Source: Octopus sinensis (lineage: Eukaryota). Taken from it: DNA of 35,642 nucleotides. Below, piece by piece: positions 21,996 through 34,273 of the stretch (positions within the stretch are counted from its first letter, which is position 1; each line of letters starts with the position of its first letter). The notes under the pieces were generated by a model. It saw only the letters and a list, made by a program, of their open reading frames with translations, was not told the origin of the DNA and ran no database searches. A program made the translations under genes and the position numbers. The stretch lies in assembly GCF_006345805.1 (NCBI RefSeq), contig NW_021828069.1:1-35642 (forward strand). The letters run 5' to 3'.

Positions 21996-22404
21996 TTATT
22001 ATTGCGGTTGTTGTGGCTGGTTTGTAAAACAATAACATCAACAACACCATCAACAATGCATTAGCGAAAAGAAAAACAATCACCGCACCATCATCGTCGA
22101 CGTCACCGTCGTCATCATCATCATCGCCATCAACATCAATGCCCTCATTATCATCGTCATCATCATCATCATAATCATCATCATCATCACTACCGTCACT
22201 ACGACTACCACTAGCATAACCATCACTATTACCATAGAAGAAGAAGAAGAAGAAGATGAAGAACAACCACACAACAACAACAACAACAAGAACAACAACA
22301 ACAAGAACAACAACAACAACAACAAAAAGGAAGAAGAAGTATGACGAGTTGGTGAAGCCGGAGAATAAAAATAACAAAAAATGACGATAGGGACGAGAGG
22401 CGGA

Positions 22405-22492
22405 GGACGACGACGACAACGATGACGACGATTATGATGATGATAACGATAATGATGATGAGGAGGACGATGATGATGAAGACGACGACGAC

Positions 22493-22544
<52 letters not shown>

Positions 22545-22814
22545 TTGATGATGATGATGATGAGGATGATGATGATGCTGATGATGATGATGACGACCAT
22601 GATGATGATGATGACGATGATGATGACGTTGATGATGATGATGATGATGATGATGATGACAATGATGATGATGATGATGAAGACGATGATGATGATGAAG
22701 ACGATGATGATGATGATGATGATGATGATGACGATGACGATGATGATGATGATGAAGACGTTGATGATGATAATGACGATGATGATGATGAAGACGATGA
22801 TGATGATGATGAAG

Positions 22815-22847
<33 letters not shown>

Positions 22848-22852
22848 AAGAC

Positions 22853-22886
<34 letters not shown>

Positions 22887-22978
22887 TTGATGATGATGAT
22901 GATGATGATGACGACGACGACGACGATGATGATGATGATGATGATGAAGACGATGATGATGATGATGATGATGATGAA
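22405..22978. repeat. Long (GAT)n array with recurrent GAAGAC/GTT variants
   Basis: Direct observation. Confidence 0.95.
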
Positions 22979-23358
22979 AGATGAAAAGGAAAAAGACCAG
23001 GAATCCTGAGGTGAAGTATAAGAAGCACAAATAGCATGAAGCACAAATATAACAAGAAGAGCAAGAAATGTATAAACATCAACAAGAAGCTGTAGGAAAG
23101 CAACTCACCCACAACGACTGCGTGAACAACAACAACAACATAAATAAATAAATAACAAACATAACAACAATAACAGAAGCAGGTAGAAGGAGAGGCGTCA
23201 CTGAACGGCGATAACGTTGTCAACAATAACAACGATTGAAAAAAATACAAAAACGGCTAAAAATAACAATTAAAGAAATGAAAACAGAAGACAAACAAAA
23301 CACTTGAACGATATTACCAACAGAAAGAAAGCAAATGGCAGTAATAATAGCAAATGAT

Positions 23359-23498
23359 AAGAAGAAGAAGAAGAAAAGAAGAAGAAGAAGAAGAAGAAGA
23401 AGAAGAAGAAGAAGAAGAAGAAGAAGAAGAAGAAGAAGAAGAAGAAGAAAAGGAAGATGAAATAGAAGAAGGAGGAGGAGGAGGAGAAGAAGAAGATG
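23359..23498. repeat. (AAG)n microsatellite
   Basis: Direct observation. Confidence 0.95.
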
Positions 23499-23723
23499 AA
23501 TCAACATAAATGTATCTGTCAAGACTTACCAAAAACTGAGCAAGTATAAAGATCTTGAAATAGAAATTGGCAAAATGTGGAACCTCAGCACTAAAACAAT
23601 ACCTGTTGTCATAGGTGTCATAGGAATGATAACAAAAGGGGGATGATTCCTATCTAGCTTAGATACCACGAAACCCCAAGATGACAGAAATTGAAAAAAT
23701 AGTTGTCATGGGTACTGCCCATA
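23499..23723 (+). mobile_element. Fragment of the first Dong-type family (REL region)
   Basis: Nucleotide match to ~5378-5600 (INVSVKTYQKLSKYKDLEIEIGKMWNL...MGTAH). Confidence 0.88.
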
Positions 23724-24284
23724 TGAAGGTAATAGTGAAGTAAGGATATTAAGAGCTGCTAGAATCACAGGAGGACATCATGAAACCAAAAACCGAAATG
23801 AAGTTAAAAGCCAGAAAAATGAAGAAAGATTATCTGTCTGGCAAAAGAATTCATTGCATCGTAGATTCTCAAAGGTAGTTGCATGAAATGGTGTAGACAT
23901 GGTTTTATGGTTGCAGAAGGAAAGGCTGAAAAGAGAAACAGAAAGTTTCTTTGTAACAGCACACGATCAAGCATTGAGGACTAATTGGATAACATCCAAA
24001 ATAGACAAAAAACAGGGGAATTCCAAACGTAGGTTATGTAAATCGAAAGAGGAAAGTGTTGTTCATATAGTAAGTGAATATAGCATGCTAGCACAGAAAG
24101 AATACAATAAAACACATGTCAGGCTAGGGAGAGTAATCCACTGGAAGCTATTTGACCGTACTAATAAATAGTATGAATATAAACCTAGTAAATTACTAGA
24201 GAGTAAGAAATACAAGATGTGGTACCTTAACATTCAGACAGACAGAGTAATAGAAGCTAGATCTGATGTAGTAGTAGTAGTAGC

Positions 24285-24364
<80 letters not shown>

Positions 24365-24612
24365 GCAAAGAGAATAGAAAATGCTAGATAATTGACTTTA
24401 TGGTCCCAAATGATTAGAGAGTCAATATGAGAGTTACAGAGACTAGGGAAAGTGTGAGTAAAATGCATCCCTGTAGTTATAGGGGCATTAGGACCAATCC
24501 CCAAATATTTAATCAAATGGAGAGAGGAAATAGGCATAAACACTAGTTTAGTACAGCTGCAGAAAACAGACTTCTTAGGAGGGTGCTTGGCATCAAAGGT
24601 TACTTGTAGCCT
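23724..24612 (+). mobile_element. Decayed R4/Dong-type fragment (third family) with internal (GTA)n
   Basis: WLQKERLKRETESFFVTAHDQALRTN...RLCKSKEESVVHIVS...IHWKL; IQTDRVIEARSD(V)n GKENRKC*IIDFMVP; IPVVIGALG. Confidence 0.85.
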
Positions 24613-24620
24613 GATTTTTT

Positions 24621-24825
24621 TTTTACCTGTTTCAGTCATTTGACTGTGGCCATGCTGGAGCACCGCTTCTAGTCGAGCAAATCGACCTCAGGACTTATTC
24701 TTTGGAAGGCTAGTACTTATTCTATCGTTCTCTTTTGCCGAACCGCTAAGTTACGGGGACGTAAAAACACCACCATCGATTGTCAAGCGATGTTGGGGTG
24801 GGACAAACACACACACAAATGTATA

Positions 24826-24857
<32 letters not shown>

Positions 24858-25043
24858 TACATATATATATACATGTATACGACGGGGTTTCTTTTAGTTT
24901 CCGTCTACCAAATCCACTCACGAGTCTTTGGTCGGCCCGAGACTATAGTAGAAGACACTTGCCGAAGGTGCCACGCAGTGGGAATGAACTCGGAACCATG
25001 TGGTTGGTAAGCAAGCTACTTACCACAAAGCCACTCCTGCGCC
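24621..25043 (-). mobile_element. SINE family B, full length
   Basis: Reverse complement of 13161-13747 with a short internal microsatellite. Confidence 0.92.
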
Positions 25044-25109
25044 GGATGTTAGGATTCTTTTCGTTTCCAACAGTTTAATCTGCTGTGTATATGAAATATT
25101 AATAATAAT

Positions 25110-25279
25110 GTTCCTTTCTACTATATATACAAGGCCTGAAATTTGGCGGCAGAGAGATAGTTGATTACATCGACCCTCAATACTTGACTGGTACTTGTTT
25201 TATCGACCACGAAGAGATGAAAGGCAAAGTCAACCTCGGCGGAATTCGAACTCAGAACGTAAAGACGGACGAAATGCCG
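25110..25279 (-). mobile_element. SINE family A (5'-truncated)
   Basis: Core and B box match the other copies; tail resembles the second unit at ~2630-2670. Confidence 0.85.
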
Positions 25280-25291
25280 AAAATTGTCAGG

Positions 25292-25468
25292 ACGCCGGGC
25301 AAAATGCTAGCGGCATTTCATCCGTCCTTTAGTTTTGAGTTCAAATTCCGCTGAGGATGAATTTGCATTTCATCCTTTCGGGGTCAATAGGTATCAATTG
25401 AGCACTGGCTTCGATAAAATCGACATACACCACCCACTAAACTGCTGGATTTGTGTCAAAATTTGAAC
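25292..25468 (+). mobile_element. SINE family A (diverged)
   Basis: ACGCCGGGCAAAATGCT...GAGTTCAAATTCC...TTTCATCCTTTCGGGGTC. Confidence 0.85.
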
Positions 25469-25497
25469 TCACTACTACTACTACTACTACAACAACA

Positions 25498-25528
<31 letters not shown>

Positions 25529-25848
25529 CGTGATAAATAAAAATCTAAGAAACAACATGGACAATAAAAGCAAAAAACAATACCAGCGATAAAAAAAAAA
25601 CGTAACATAATCATCTAGAATTTTCTTTTATCTTAAGAAACTGCAAGTGGAACTCTTCAGTATACGGAGACTGTTCTGTCTTCATTGTCGCACTCAAGCG
25701 AAGCGTTTGAGTTAATAGGTGAAACACTTGAAACTCAAAGATATCTGTTGATGGTACAGAAATGTTTCTGACAATGCGATGGATTCAGAAGAAGTTGCAA
25801 TATCTTTGAGTAGCATGGAACAAAGCATTTCCGGTGTTTATTTCACGT

Positions 25849-26070
25849 TTTACTTGTTTCAGTCATTGGATTGAGACTATACTGGGGCATTGCGTTGAGG
25901 GGTTTAGCCAAAAAAATCGGCACCTGTATTTATTTGTATTTTAAATGTATTTGTTCTGAAGTTCATGTCGACCTCTTCTGCCGAACTTCTAGATTGCGGG
26001 GACGTAAACAAATCGATATAATCTGTTGAACGGCGTGAGGGCAAAAACTAACACAAAGACACGCAGACAC
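25849..26070 (-). mobile_element. SINE family B, degenerate 3' half
   Basis: TTACTTGTTTCAGTCATT... and GCCGAAC...GGGGACGTAAAC match ~24625-24810. Confidence 0.7.
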
Positions 26071-26093
26071 CCATACACAAATGCATATATACC

Positions 26094-26368
<275 letters not shown>

Positions 26369-26370
26369 AA

Positions 26371-26600
26371 CTTTATTAGCCACACAGGTCCGAACACAGA
26401 GGGGCGAATATACAATGTAGAGCTTTTCTTTTTGAAAGTAAAAGAAGAAAATAGAAAAAAAGGGGAGAAAAATTTCCGATCAAAAGGGATCATGTAAAAA
26501 AAAACCATCAAAATGGGTCGTGTATCACAGAAAAGTGTAAAATGTAAAAAAAACACATTAGGTTTATCCGTGGAAAGAAAAGCCTACGAAAAGACCAGTC
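26371..26600 (-). mobile_element. Probable Tx1-like 3' UTR
   Basis: Terminus CCTCTGTGTTCGGACCTGTGTGGCTAATAAAG resembles the other Tx1-like ends and the SINE A tail; no coding remnant seen. Confidence 0.45.
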
Positions 26601-26769
26601 GGGGAACTCGGTGCATTAAACGGTTAAAATAAGGAGGTTTCATGAAAATAAAGATTCAAAAAATATATCTTGAATTACAGGCTGTACCGAATATTTTTTC
26701 TTAAAATATTGCTTTAAAATATTAATTACTTGTAACAAATAAATACTATATAATATCGTGGATTTTGTA

Positions 26770-26829
26770 ATGGCGGGGAACCATTTTTGCGGCCTGCCGC
26801 TGGCACAGTTTACCCTAGCTTCACCACTG
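26770..26829. mobile_element. Possible isolated hAT-like MITE terminus
   Basis: Minus strand reads CAGTGGTGAAGCTAGGG..., similar to CAGTGGCGTAGCTAGG-type hAT ends (from recall); partner end not found. Confidence 0.3.
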
Positions 26830-26848
26830 CCCAACAACAACAAAAGCA

Positions 26849-26932
26849 GTGAAGGCGCGTAGCTTAGCTGTAAGTCTAATTGGTTCACGATTGTGCGGTT
26901 GCGATTTCGATTTCCAGCGGCGCGTTGTATCC
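26849..26932 (+). mobile_element. SINE family C-like head fragment
   Basis: GTGAAGGCGCGTAGCTTAG...TTCGATT matches the head running leftward from 9480. Confidence 0.6.
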
Positions 26933-27159
26933 TATTTTTTTTATTTTTTTTATGAGGTAATCGAATTATTCCTCAATAGGAATCATGTCTGAAACAGCTG
27001 TAGTGAAACTTAACCCATTTGTGTTCATTACTTATGTAAGCAATATGCTTGGAATTTTCCCTATGTTGGAACTGGAACTTACATTGGATAGTGAAACTGC
27101 ACGCTGATGTCCATGGGTATATAATTTCACATACATGTATATCTAGACATATTCGTACA

Positions 27160-27488
27160 GTGGTGTGTTTGGTTTAGTAAAGAGGGTATTTGGCTAACAA
27201 TGGATACGGTAGTGAGTTCGATTCCTAACAATGCCTTGTGTCCTTCAGCAAGACATTTTATATCACGTTGCTCCGGCCCATTCGGTTTGCGAAAATGAGT
27301 ATTATCCGTATTTTATCTTAAACTGCCAGTGTTGTCATATTCTGTGTCACGGTGAATCTGCCTGAGAACTACATTAAGGCTACGCGTCTCTGTGGAGTGC
27401 TCAACTACTTGCGCATTACTTTCACGAGCAGGCTGTTCCGTTGATCAGATCTATTGGAATACTCGTCGTCGTAACCGACGGAGTACCA
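27160..27488 (+). mobile_element. Degenerate tRNA-derived SINE (C-related head, different tail)
   Basis: B box GAGTTCGATTCC, then TTGTGTCCTTCAGCAAGACATTTTATATCACGTTGCTCC, similar to the family C core. Confidence 0.65.
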
Positions 27489-27869
27489 GAGCAAGAACTA
27501 TAACTGAACTATTGTCACAAGCACAGTAACCACTAAGTTTGTCTCCACTAACGCTACTATGATCATCGTTATTAACCACAAACCAATAACAACAACAACA
27601 ACAGAAGTAGTTATAATAGTAATTATTAAACAAAAATATACAGTATTAACAGCATGTAGGAAAATGTTTCATTGTCCATTTGCTCGCCTACCCAACACCA
27701 ACACCACCATAGAAAGAAAAACAAATAAATACAGAAGACAAATACAAAAACAAACGAAAAAAGGAAGTGGTGTTGGTTAATGAGATTGGAAACGTAATAT
27801 ATGATAATAAAACTATTATCTTATAAGAATCACTTCGAGTTTCTTCAATTACATCCTCATAATGAATAT

Positions 27870-28115
27870 TATATGTACATGTGTATACTATATAATATGT
27901 ATGATGATGTATATATATATATATATATTATAATATATATATATATATATATAATATATATTATATATATAGATATATATAATGTATATATATATATATA
28001 GTAGTATATTAGTCGATAGCTATAGATACTACATAGACGCATACATACGCATATATATATATATATACATAAATATGAACATATATGTATAATATAATGT
28101 GTATATATGTTATAT

Positions 28116-28166
<51 letters not shown>

Positions 28167-28238
28167 CATAAATATACATACATTCATTCATGCATACATA
28201 TATACATACATACGTGCATAATATAATATAATATAATA
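27870..28238. repeat. (TA)n-rich tract
   Basis: Direct observation. Confidence 0.9.
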
Positions 28239-28679
28239 AACCATCTGTTGCTTCATATGTTTCTTTCAGGTGTTACAGAGAAGTTTTTCAAGAGGCACTT
28301 TCATCCATATATCCAAACCACATCTTCAGATTATTTTTCTCTTTCTCATTGTGCTAATATATGTCTGTTATATTTGTGTTCTAGTAGTTATTGATACTAT
28401 TGTAGTCGCCATTGTTGCTGTTGCTTTCGTTGTTGTTGTTGTTGTTGTTGGCGATGTTGATGGTGATGGCGGTGTTTATCTCTAGGTAAAGTGTGATTTA
28501 TTAGGTCTATGATCAAAGACATTCCAACCATGTCTTGTCCGTACGAACATGGAGCACCCACGGGCCCACATCATCCACAGTCAAGCTTAGGAAAGTAGCG
28601 TATATGGTATGAGAGAAATGTATTATTTCTAGCACAAAAGGCCCCCTAATTGGGTCGTAACTATGAGTATTTTGAAATT

Positions 28680-28684
<5 letters not shown>

Positions 28685-28777
<93 letters not shown>

Positions 28778-28790
28778 CTGCGTGTGAGCG
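28685..28790. repeat. (TG)n microsatellite
   Basis: Direct observation. Confidence 0.95.
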
Positions 28791-28921
28791 CGCTTTACAT
28801 TTGAAACCATGTGCCGAAACAGATTCTGTTGTTATTTGGATGGATCATTTTGCCAACAAAATCACATGCACAGTTTATCATTCATTTGTTTATTGGTAAT
28901 TAACCCATTAATTACGAACCG

Positions 28922-29097
28922 ACCTGGCCGAATCGCTAGCGTGTTAGGCAAAAATGGTTAGAGGTATTTTTTTCCGACACTTTACATTGCCGAGTTCAAA
29001 TCCTACCGTGTTCAACTTTGCCTTTCATCTTCCGGAGTTCGATAAAATACTATCCCGCTTTCCCTACTATTACTGGCCTTGTGGCGAAATTTCAAGC
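28922..29097 (+). mobile_element. SINE family A, degenerate
   Basis: GAGTTCAAATCC...AACTTTGCCTTTCATC...TCGATAAAATAC. Confidence 0.75.
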
Positions 29098-29196
29098 TAT
29101 TAATTCATTGATTAATGCATAGTGGTTTGGTCTTGTTAAAAATATTTTCGTCACTTCTGGTTATATGTTATTAAATGTATTATGTGCTAAATATAA

Positions 29197-29412
29197 GGCG
29201 GCGAGCTGGCAGAATAGTTAGCACGCCGGGCGAAATGCTTAGCAGTATTTCGTCTGTCGCTACGTTCTGAGTTCAAATTCCGCCGAGGTCGACTTCGCCT
29301 TTCATCCTTTTGGGTCGATAAATTAAGTACCAGTTACGCACTGGTGTCGATGTAATCGACTTAATCCGTTTGTTTGTCCTTGTTTGTCCCCTCTCTGTGG
29401 GCAGTAAAGAAA
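29197..29412 (+). mobile_element. SINE family A monomer, young, with 20-bp TSD
   Basis: Intact A and B boxes; TSD ATGTATTATGTGCYAAATAT at 29175-29194 and 29414-29433 (1 mismatch). Confidence 0.93.
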
Positions 29413-29480
29413 TATGTATTATGTGCCAAATATTTGTGTCTGTGGGTGACATTGTGTGTCTGTCTGTGTGTGTATGCGTA

Positions 29481-29525
<45 letters not shown>

Positions 29526-30389
29526 ATGGGTTGTTCAGTTCCTGTATCTGTACGCCTATTCGTTTGATTTTGCTGAGGGGGAGTCAGAGTTGGTTTCTGG
29601 TTCTGATGTTGAATATGAAGCAGTTGGTGTTATTGCATATCTGTGCATATGTGTGTACATATCGGTATGTTTGTATGTATAACTGAAATTGCTATTTGCG
29701 TGTTTCTACGAAGGTCTATGACCATATGTATATGAACACCTTCATGCGTTCATATATGTATGTGAATGTGTCTTGCCACAGTTTCTATGCGTGAGAACGT
29801 CTATTCGTAGCTAGCGTACGTGAATGTGTGTGCATATACATGTCTATATTTGCGAGTTTAACTGGTGTTCTACAGGAATGGACGTCTATATATGTATGAA
29901 TGCGTAGATACTCCATTGTGTGCGAGTGTTGCCTTCTTTCTGTATTTGTGTGCGTCAGTTCGTAGTTACGGTACGTGAATGTGAGTGTATATATGTGTGT
30001 GTTTGCGTGTATAGCTAGTATTGCAGAGTGTGTATATGTTTACGGTGTGTATACGTTTACGTCCATATGTATGTCAATGTATGCGTGCGTATGTATGTTG
30101 TCGGTTTTTCTCTATGCCTGTAAGTCTGTGCTTAGTTGTTGCACATACATGTGTGTGTATGTGTATATATCTGCGTGTGTAATGGGTATTGTTGTGTGTA
30201 TGATTATGGGGATTAATGGCCGTATGTGTATGAGTACTTGCGAGCAAGCCTATGTGTGAGTGCTGTTGGTTTCTGTATCCGTACGTCGAGTCATAGTGGA
30301 TGCACGTGTACATGTGATCATGTGTGTGTGAGATAGAGTAAGAGAGACAGTGTGCGTGTGTGTGTGTGTATGTGTGGTTTGTCTGTGTG

Positions 30390-30750
30390 CGTGTGTAGCT
30401 GATATTTGCTGTGTATGAGAGAAATGGAGAGAAAAAGAGAGAGAGAGAGTGGGGGTGTAGTTGGTATTTGCTGTGTGTGTGTGAGCGTGTGTGAGCGTGC
30501 GTGCGTCCGTCCGTGTGTGTGTGTGCGTGTGTAGCTAGTATTTGCTGTGTATGTGTGAGAGAGAGAGAAAAGTGTGTGTGAGTGTACGTGTGTGTGTGTG
30601 TGTGTGCGTGTAGCTGGTATTTGTTGTGTGTGTGTGTGTGTGCGTGTGAGTGCATGTGTAGCTGGTATTTGCTGTGTGTGTGAGAGAGGTAGAGAAAAGT
30701 GTGTGTGGGTGTGTGTGCGCATGTATGTGTGTGGCTGGTATTCGCTGCGT
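30390..30750. repeat. Minisatellite: six GTAGCTGGTATTTGCTG-like cores separated by microsatellite spacers
   Basis: Cores near 30395, 30457, 30531, 30610, 30658 and 30731. Confidence 0.85.
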
Positions 30751-32149
30751 GTATGTTTATGATAGTGAACGTTCAAATGTATGTGAGTGCCTAGGTGCCG
30801 CGCATGCGTACGTGTCAGTGTGTTGTCATGTTTCCGTGTATGTGTTCGTCTGACCTCAGACGATGTGCGTGCATGTGTACGCACATATGTGTCTCATTTC
30901 TTGTAACACTAGTATTAATGAGTGTGTGTGTGTGTGTCTGCGTGTGTGTTTTTTCACGTGATGAGCGACCAGTGTCTACAAGTGCGTGGGCCTATGCGTG
31001 TTTGAGTGTGTGCATATGTGTAAGTGTGAGGGAACCTATGTATGTGTGTGCGTGTGTGTGTGTGTATGTGCATTTGTGTGTGCGTATGGGGGGGGGGGGT
31101 GCTGCTTTTTTTTTTGTTGATGCTGTTTACCTTTTTTTCCGGCAATATCTTTCTTGATAATTTCTTAAGAAATTACCGAAAATATTAAGTGAGACTGCAT
31201 AAAAACAAAGCACAGACATAGACACACAAACACACACGCTTACGCACGCGCAGACGGTTGCTATCGTGAACACACACACAGTAACAATAGCTATTTTTCA
31301 AACGTGTACACCTCCTTCGTGCATACACACACGCACACACGCGCGCACACGCACACGCACACACATACACACACAGCACGCGCATATTAACAACAGATAG
31401 CACATACCAATGCGCAATTAGCCAACAAAAAAGAAAACAATCAGTTATTCGAGGAATTGAGAAAGTCAAAGATATGTGTGACGAAATTTTTTTGACAAAT
31501 CGAAACGATCAAATAAATTAATCAATGATTTATGGATTAATTAACATTAAAGAAGAGAGCTATAATCAGTGTATGTGTTATTGTTGTTGTTATTATTTTC
31601 ATGGTCATTGATTGCAAAATCGAATGACACACTCTTAAGTATAAAAATAATCTATGAATATGTCTGTGCGTTTGTATGTATGTATGTATGTATGTATGTA
31701 TGTATGTTATGATGTATGTATGTATGTAGTGTATGTATGTGTGATAATATATATATATATATATAATATATTATATATATATATAATATATATATATTGG
31801 TCTAAAGTCGTATGACAACCACCGTTATATATATTTTGGTTTTTCATTACTGTTTTCAATTTCGTTTTTTCGTCTCTTGTATTCACATCCGTCTTGTGCG
31901 TTCACATTCCTGTCTTCTACCAAGAAAACCTAATGCTTACAGCTTAGTTTTTTTTCTTGGGGCCTGGCCGAGTTGGAGCAAATATCAGAATTGAACAGCC
32001 GAAATTTGCTAGGATGATTCGGTGTCTGACTGAAGATTGAAAGGCTTCCGAATGATTTGTCTGTGTTCCGTGTTCGTCCCTCCTGTATTTCACGTTCATT
32101 ATATATAAAACATTCATATTCTTATATATATAATATATATACTTATATA

Positions 32150-32340
32150 TACACACATGATTAATGAGCAATACAAGAAAAAAACAGAAAACGCTTAAAC
32201 AAGAGAGTTATAAGTATGGTGCTAGGAATGAAATGGAAAGATACTTTAACGTTTCGAAAGCTGTCCTTCATCAGTAAAAACGAAATGAAGAAAGGCGGTG
32301 GCGGCTGAAAGAAAGGAAGAGGAAAAGAAATGTAGTCATA
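32150..32340 (-). mobile_element. Short Penelope-like remnant with hammerhead-like motif, within (TA)n
   Basis: Minus strand 32274-32248 reads CTGATGA-A-GGA-cagct-TTC-GAAAC-GTT. Confidence 0.55.
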
Positions 32341-32511
32341 TATACCATAAGATATATATATATATCTATAGATATATATATTATATGCATGTATGAATAT
32401 ATATATATATATATATAAATATATACATACATATACATATATATATATACATATATATTTATATACATATATATATATATATACTTATGTATGCATAATG
32501 TATTACTATTA

Positions 32512-32553
<42 letters not shown>

Positions 32554-32629
32554 ATATAAATAATATATATATATAATATATATATTATATTATATATAAT
32601 CCATATACATGTATTTATACATATATATA

Positions 32630-34229
32630 CAGTTGCGGCCAAAATGTTCAAAACGGTATTGTTTTCGTCAGAAAAGTAGATATAATTTTTTATAAAAGCC
32701 GTTTTATATTCTATAATTTTCACAGATAATAAATACCATATTATTTGTTATTGTCTGAGATTTTGGTGTAATTTGAGAGGATAATACAAAAGTTATGGAT
32801 GATTTAGTGATTTACTGCAAAGCCCATGGCGGCCAAAATGATCAGAACCGTTGCTTTTACTCCGTGTTTTAATATATTTAACCGGCGAACTCTAAATGTT
32901 TTGAATTTGTTTACGTGACGGTTCGTTTACTAAACATTAGTAAGAATATTTGCAGTGTACTTTGTTAATATAATGCCACTTACTCCGTCACCAATTCGTC
33001 AGCAGATTATTAAGCTTCGAAGGAAGGATAATTTAAGTATTGGATCTATTGCAAAGATTGTTAACAAGTCAAAAAGTGTTGTACACGGTATTCTTAAGGT
33101 CTACGATGATTGTGGTTCGTGTGAAGCAACAAAGTATACAGGTAGGCCAAGAAAAACGACCAAGGGAGAAGATCGTGCTATGATAAAGTTGGTTAAAAAT
33201 GACAGATTTAAAACTGCTGCTGCTGTTTCTCGGAAAATGAGCATTGTATTGAAGAAAACTTTATCTCAAAAATCTGTGTCTCGTCGTTTAGTTGAACATG
33301 ACCTACAAGCAAGAGCAACTGCAGTGAAGCCACTGATCAGCTCCAAGAATAAAAAGTGTCGCCTTACCTTTGCAACCGAACATGTGTTGTGGTCTCAAGA
33401 AAAATGGCAAACGGTGCATTTCAGTGATGAATCTAAGTTTATGTTATTTGGCTCAGATGGGAAAAGGTACGTTCGTAGAAAAGTAATTGTCGCCTAAATG
33501 CCTTAAGACTAGTGTTAAATTCGGTGGAGGAAGTGTTATGGTTTGGGAAATGATATCTAGAGATGGTGTGGGCCCTTTGGTGCGATTACATGGAAAGTTA
33601 AATGCAGGAGTTTATAAACAACTTGTAAAAGATCATGTCTTGCCTGTCCTGAGAAATTTAACTAAGCGACCACCCATAGTCATGCAGGACAATGCCCCAT
33701 GTCACAAGGCTAAGGTGGTCATGAACTTCCTCAAGGCTGAAAAGGTTATTGTTATGGATTGGCCAGCTCAAAGCCCAGATCTCAATCCTATTGAAAATGT
33801 GTGGAATATTGTAGGAGAACGTTCGAAAGCCAGAAATCCTAAAACAACTGAGCAATTATGGAATGCCCCTTCAGGAAGAATGGAATAAGATCACCCAGCA
33901 AGAAATTGAAAATTTAATTTCCTCATGAAGATGTCAGAGTGTGATTGAAGCTAAAGGGCTTCACACTAAATATGAAATAATTCCAGTATTCTCTGTCATT
34001 TTTTATTATTTTGTTATTTTTTCAACCGTTCTGATCATTTTGGCCGCCATGGGTTTTGCAATAAATCACTAAATCATCCATAACTTTTCTATTATCCTCT
34101 CAAATTACACCAAAATGACAGACAATAACAATTAATATTGTATTTATTGTCTGTGAAAATTATAGATAAAAACTTATACTTACTTTTCTGACGAAAACAA
34201 TGCCGTTTTGAACATTTTGGCCGCAACTG
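32630..34229 (+). mobile_element. Full-length Tc1-family transposon, IR/DR type
   Basis: Long TIRs 32630-32853 and 34023-34229 start CAGTTGCGGCCAAAATGTTCAAAACGG; each has an inner direct repeat GCGGCCAAAATGATCAGAAC. TA TSDs lie within (TA)n. Confidence 0.96.
32973..33975 (+). pseudogene. Tc1 DD34E transposase, frameshifted
   Basis: Paired-like HTH, GRPRK, FSDESKF, QDNAPCH and WPAQSPDLNPIENVW (34 residues between D and E), ending GLHTKY. Frame breaks near 33487, 33870 and 33925. Confidence 0.93.
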
Positions 34230-34273
34230 TATATATATGTATATATATACATATATATACATATATATGTATA

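Noticed and set aside
21312-23250. Poly-His, poly-Ser, poly-Met, Pro-rich and Glu/Gln-rich ORFs
   Set aside because: Triplet-repeat artefacts with no domain and no splice or codon evidence.
30390-30750. CRISPR-like repeat-spacer array
   Set aside because: Spacers are microsatellites of unequal length, repeats are degenerate, there are no cas genes, and the context is eukaryotic.
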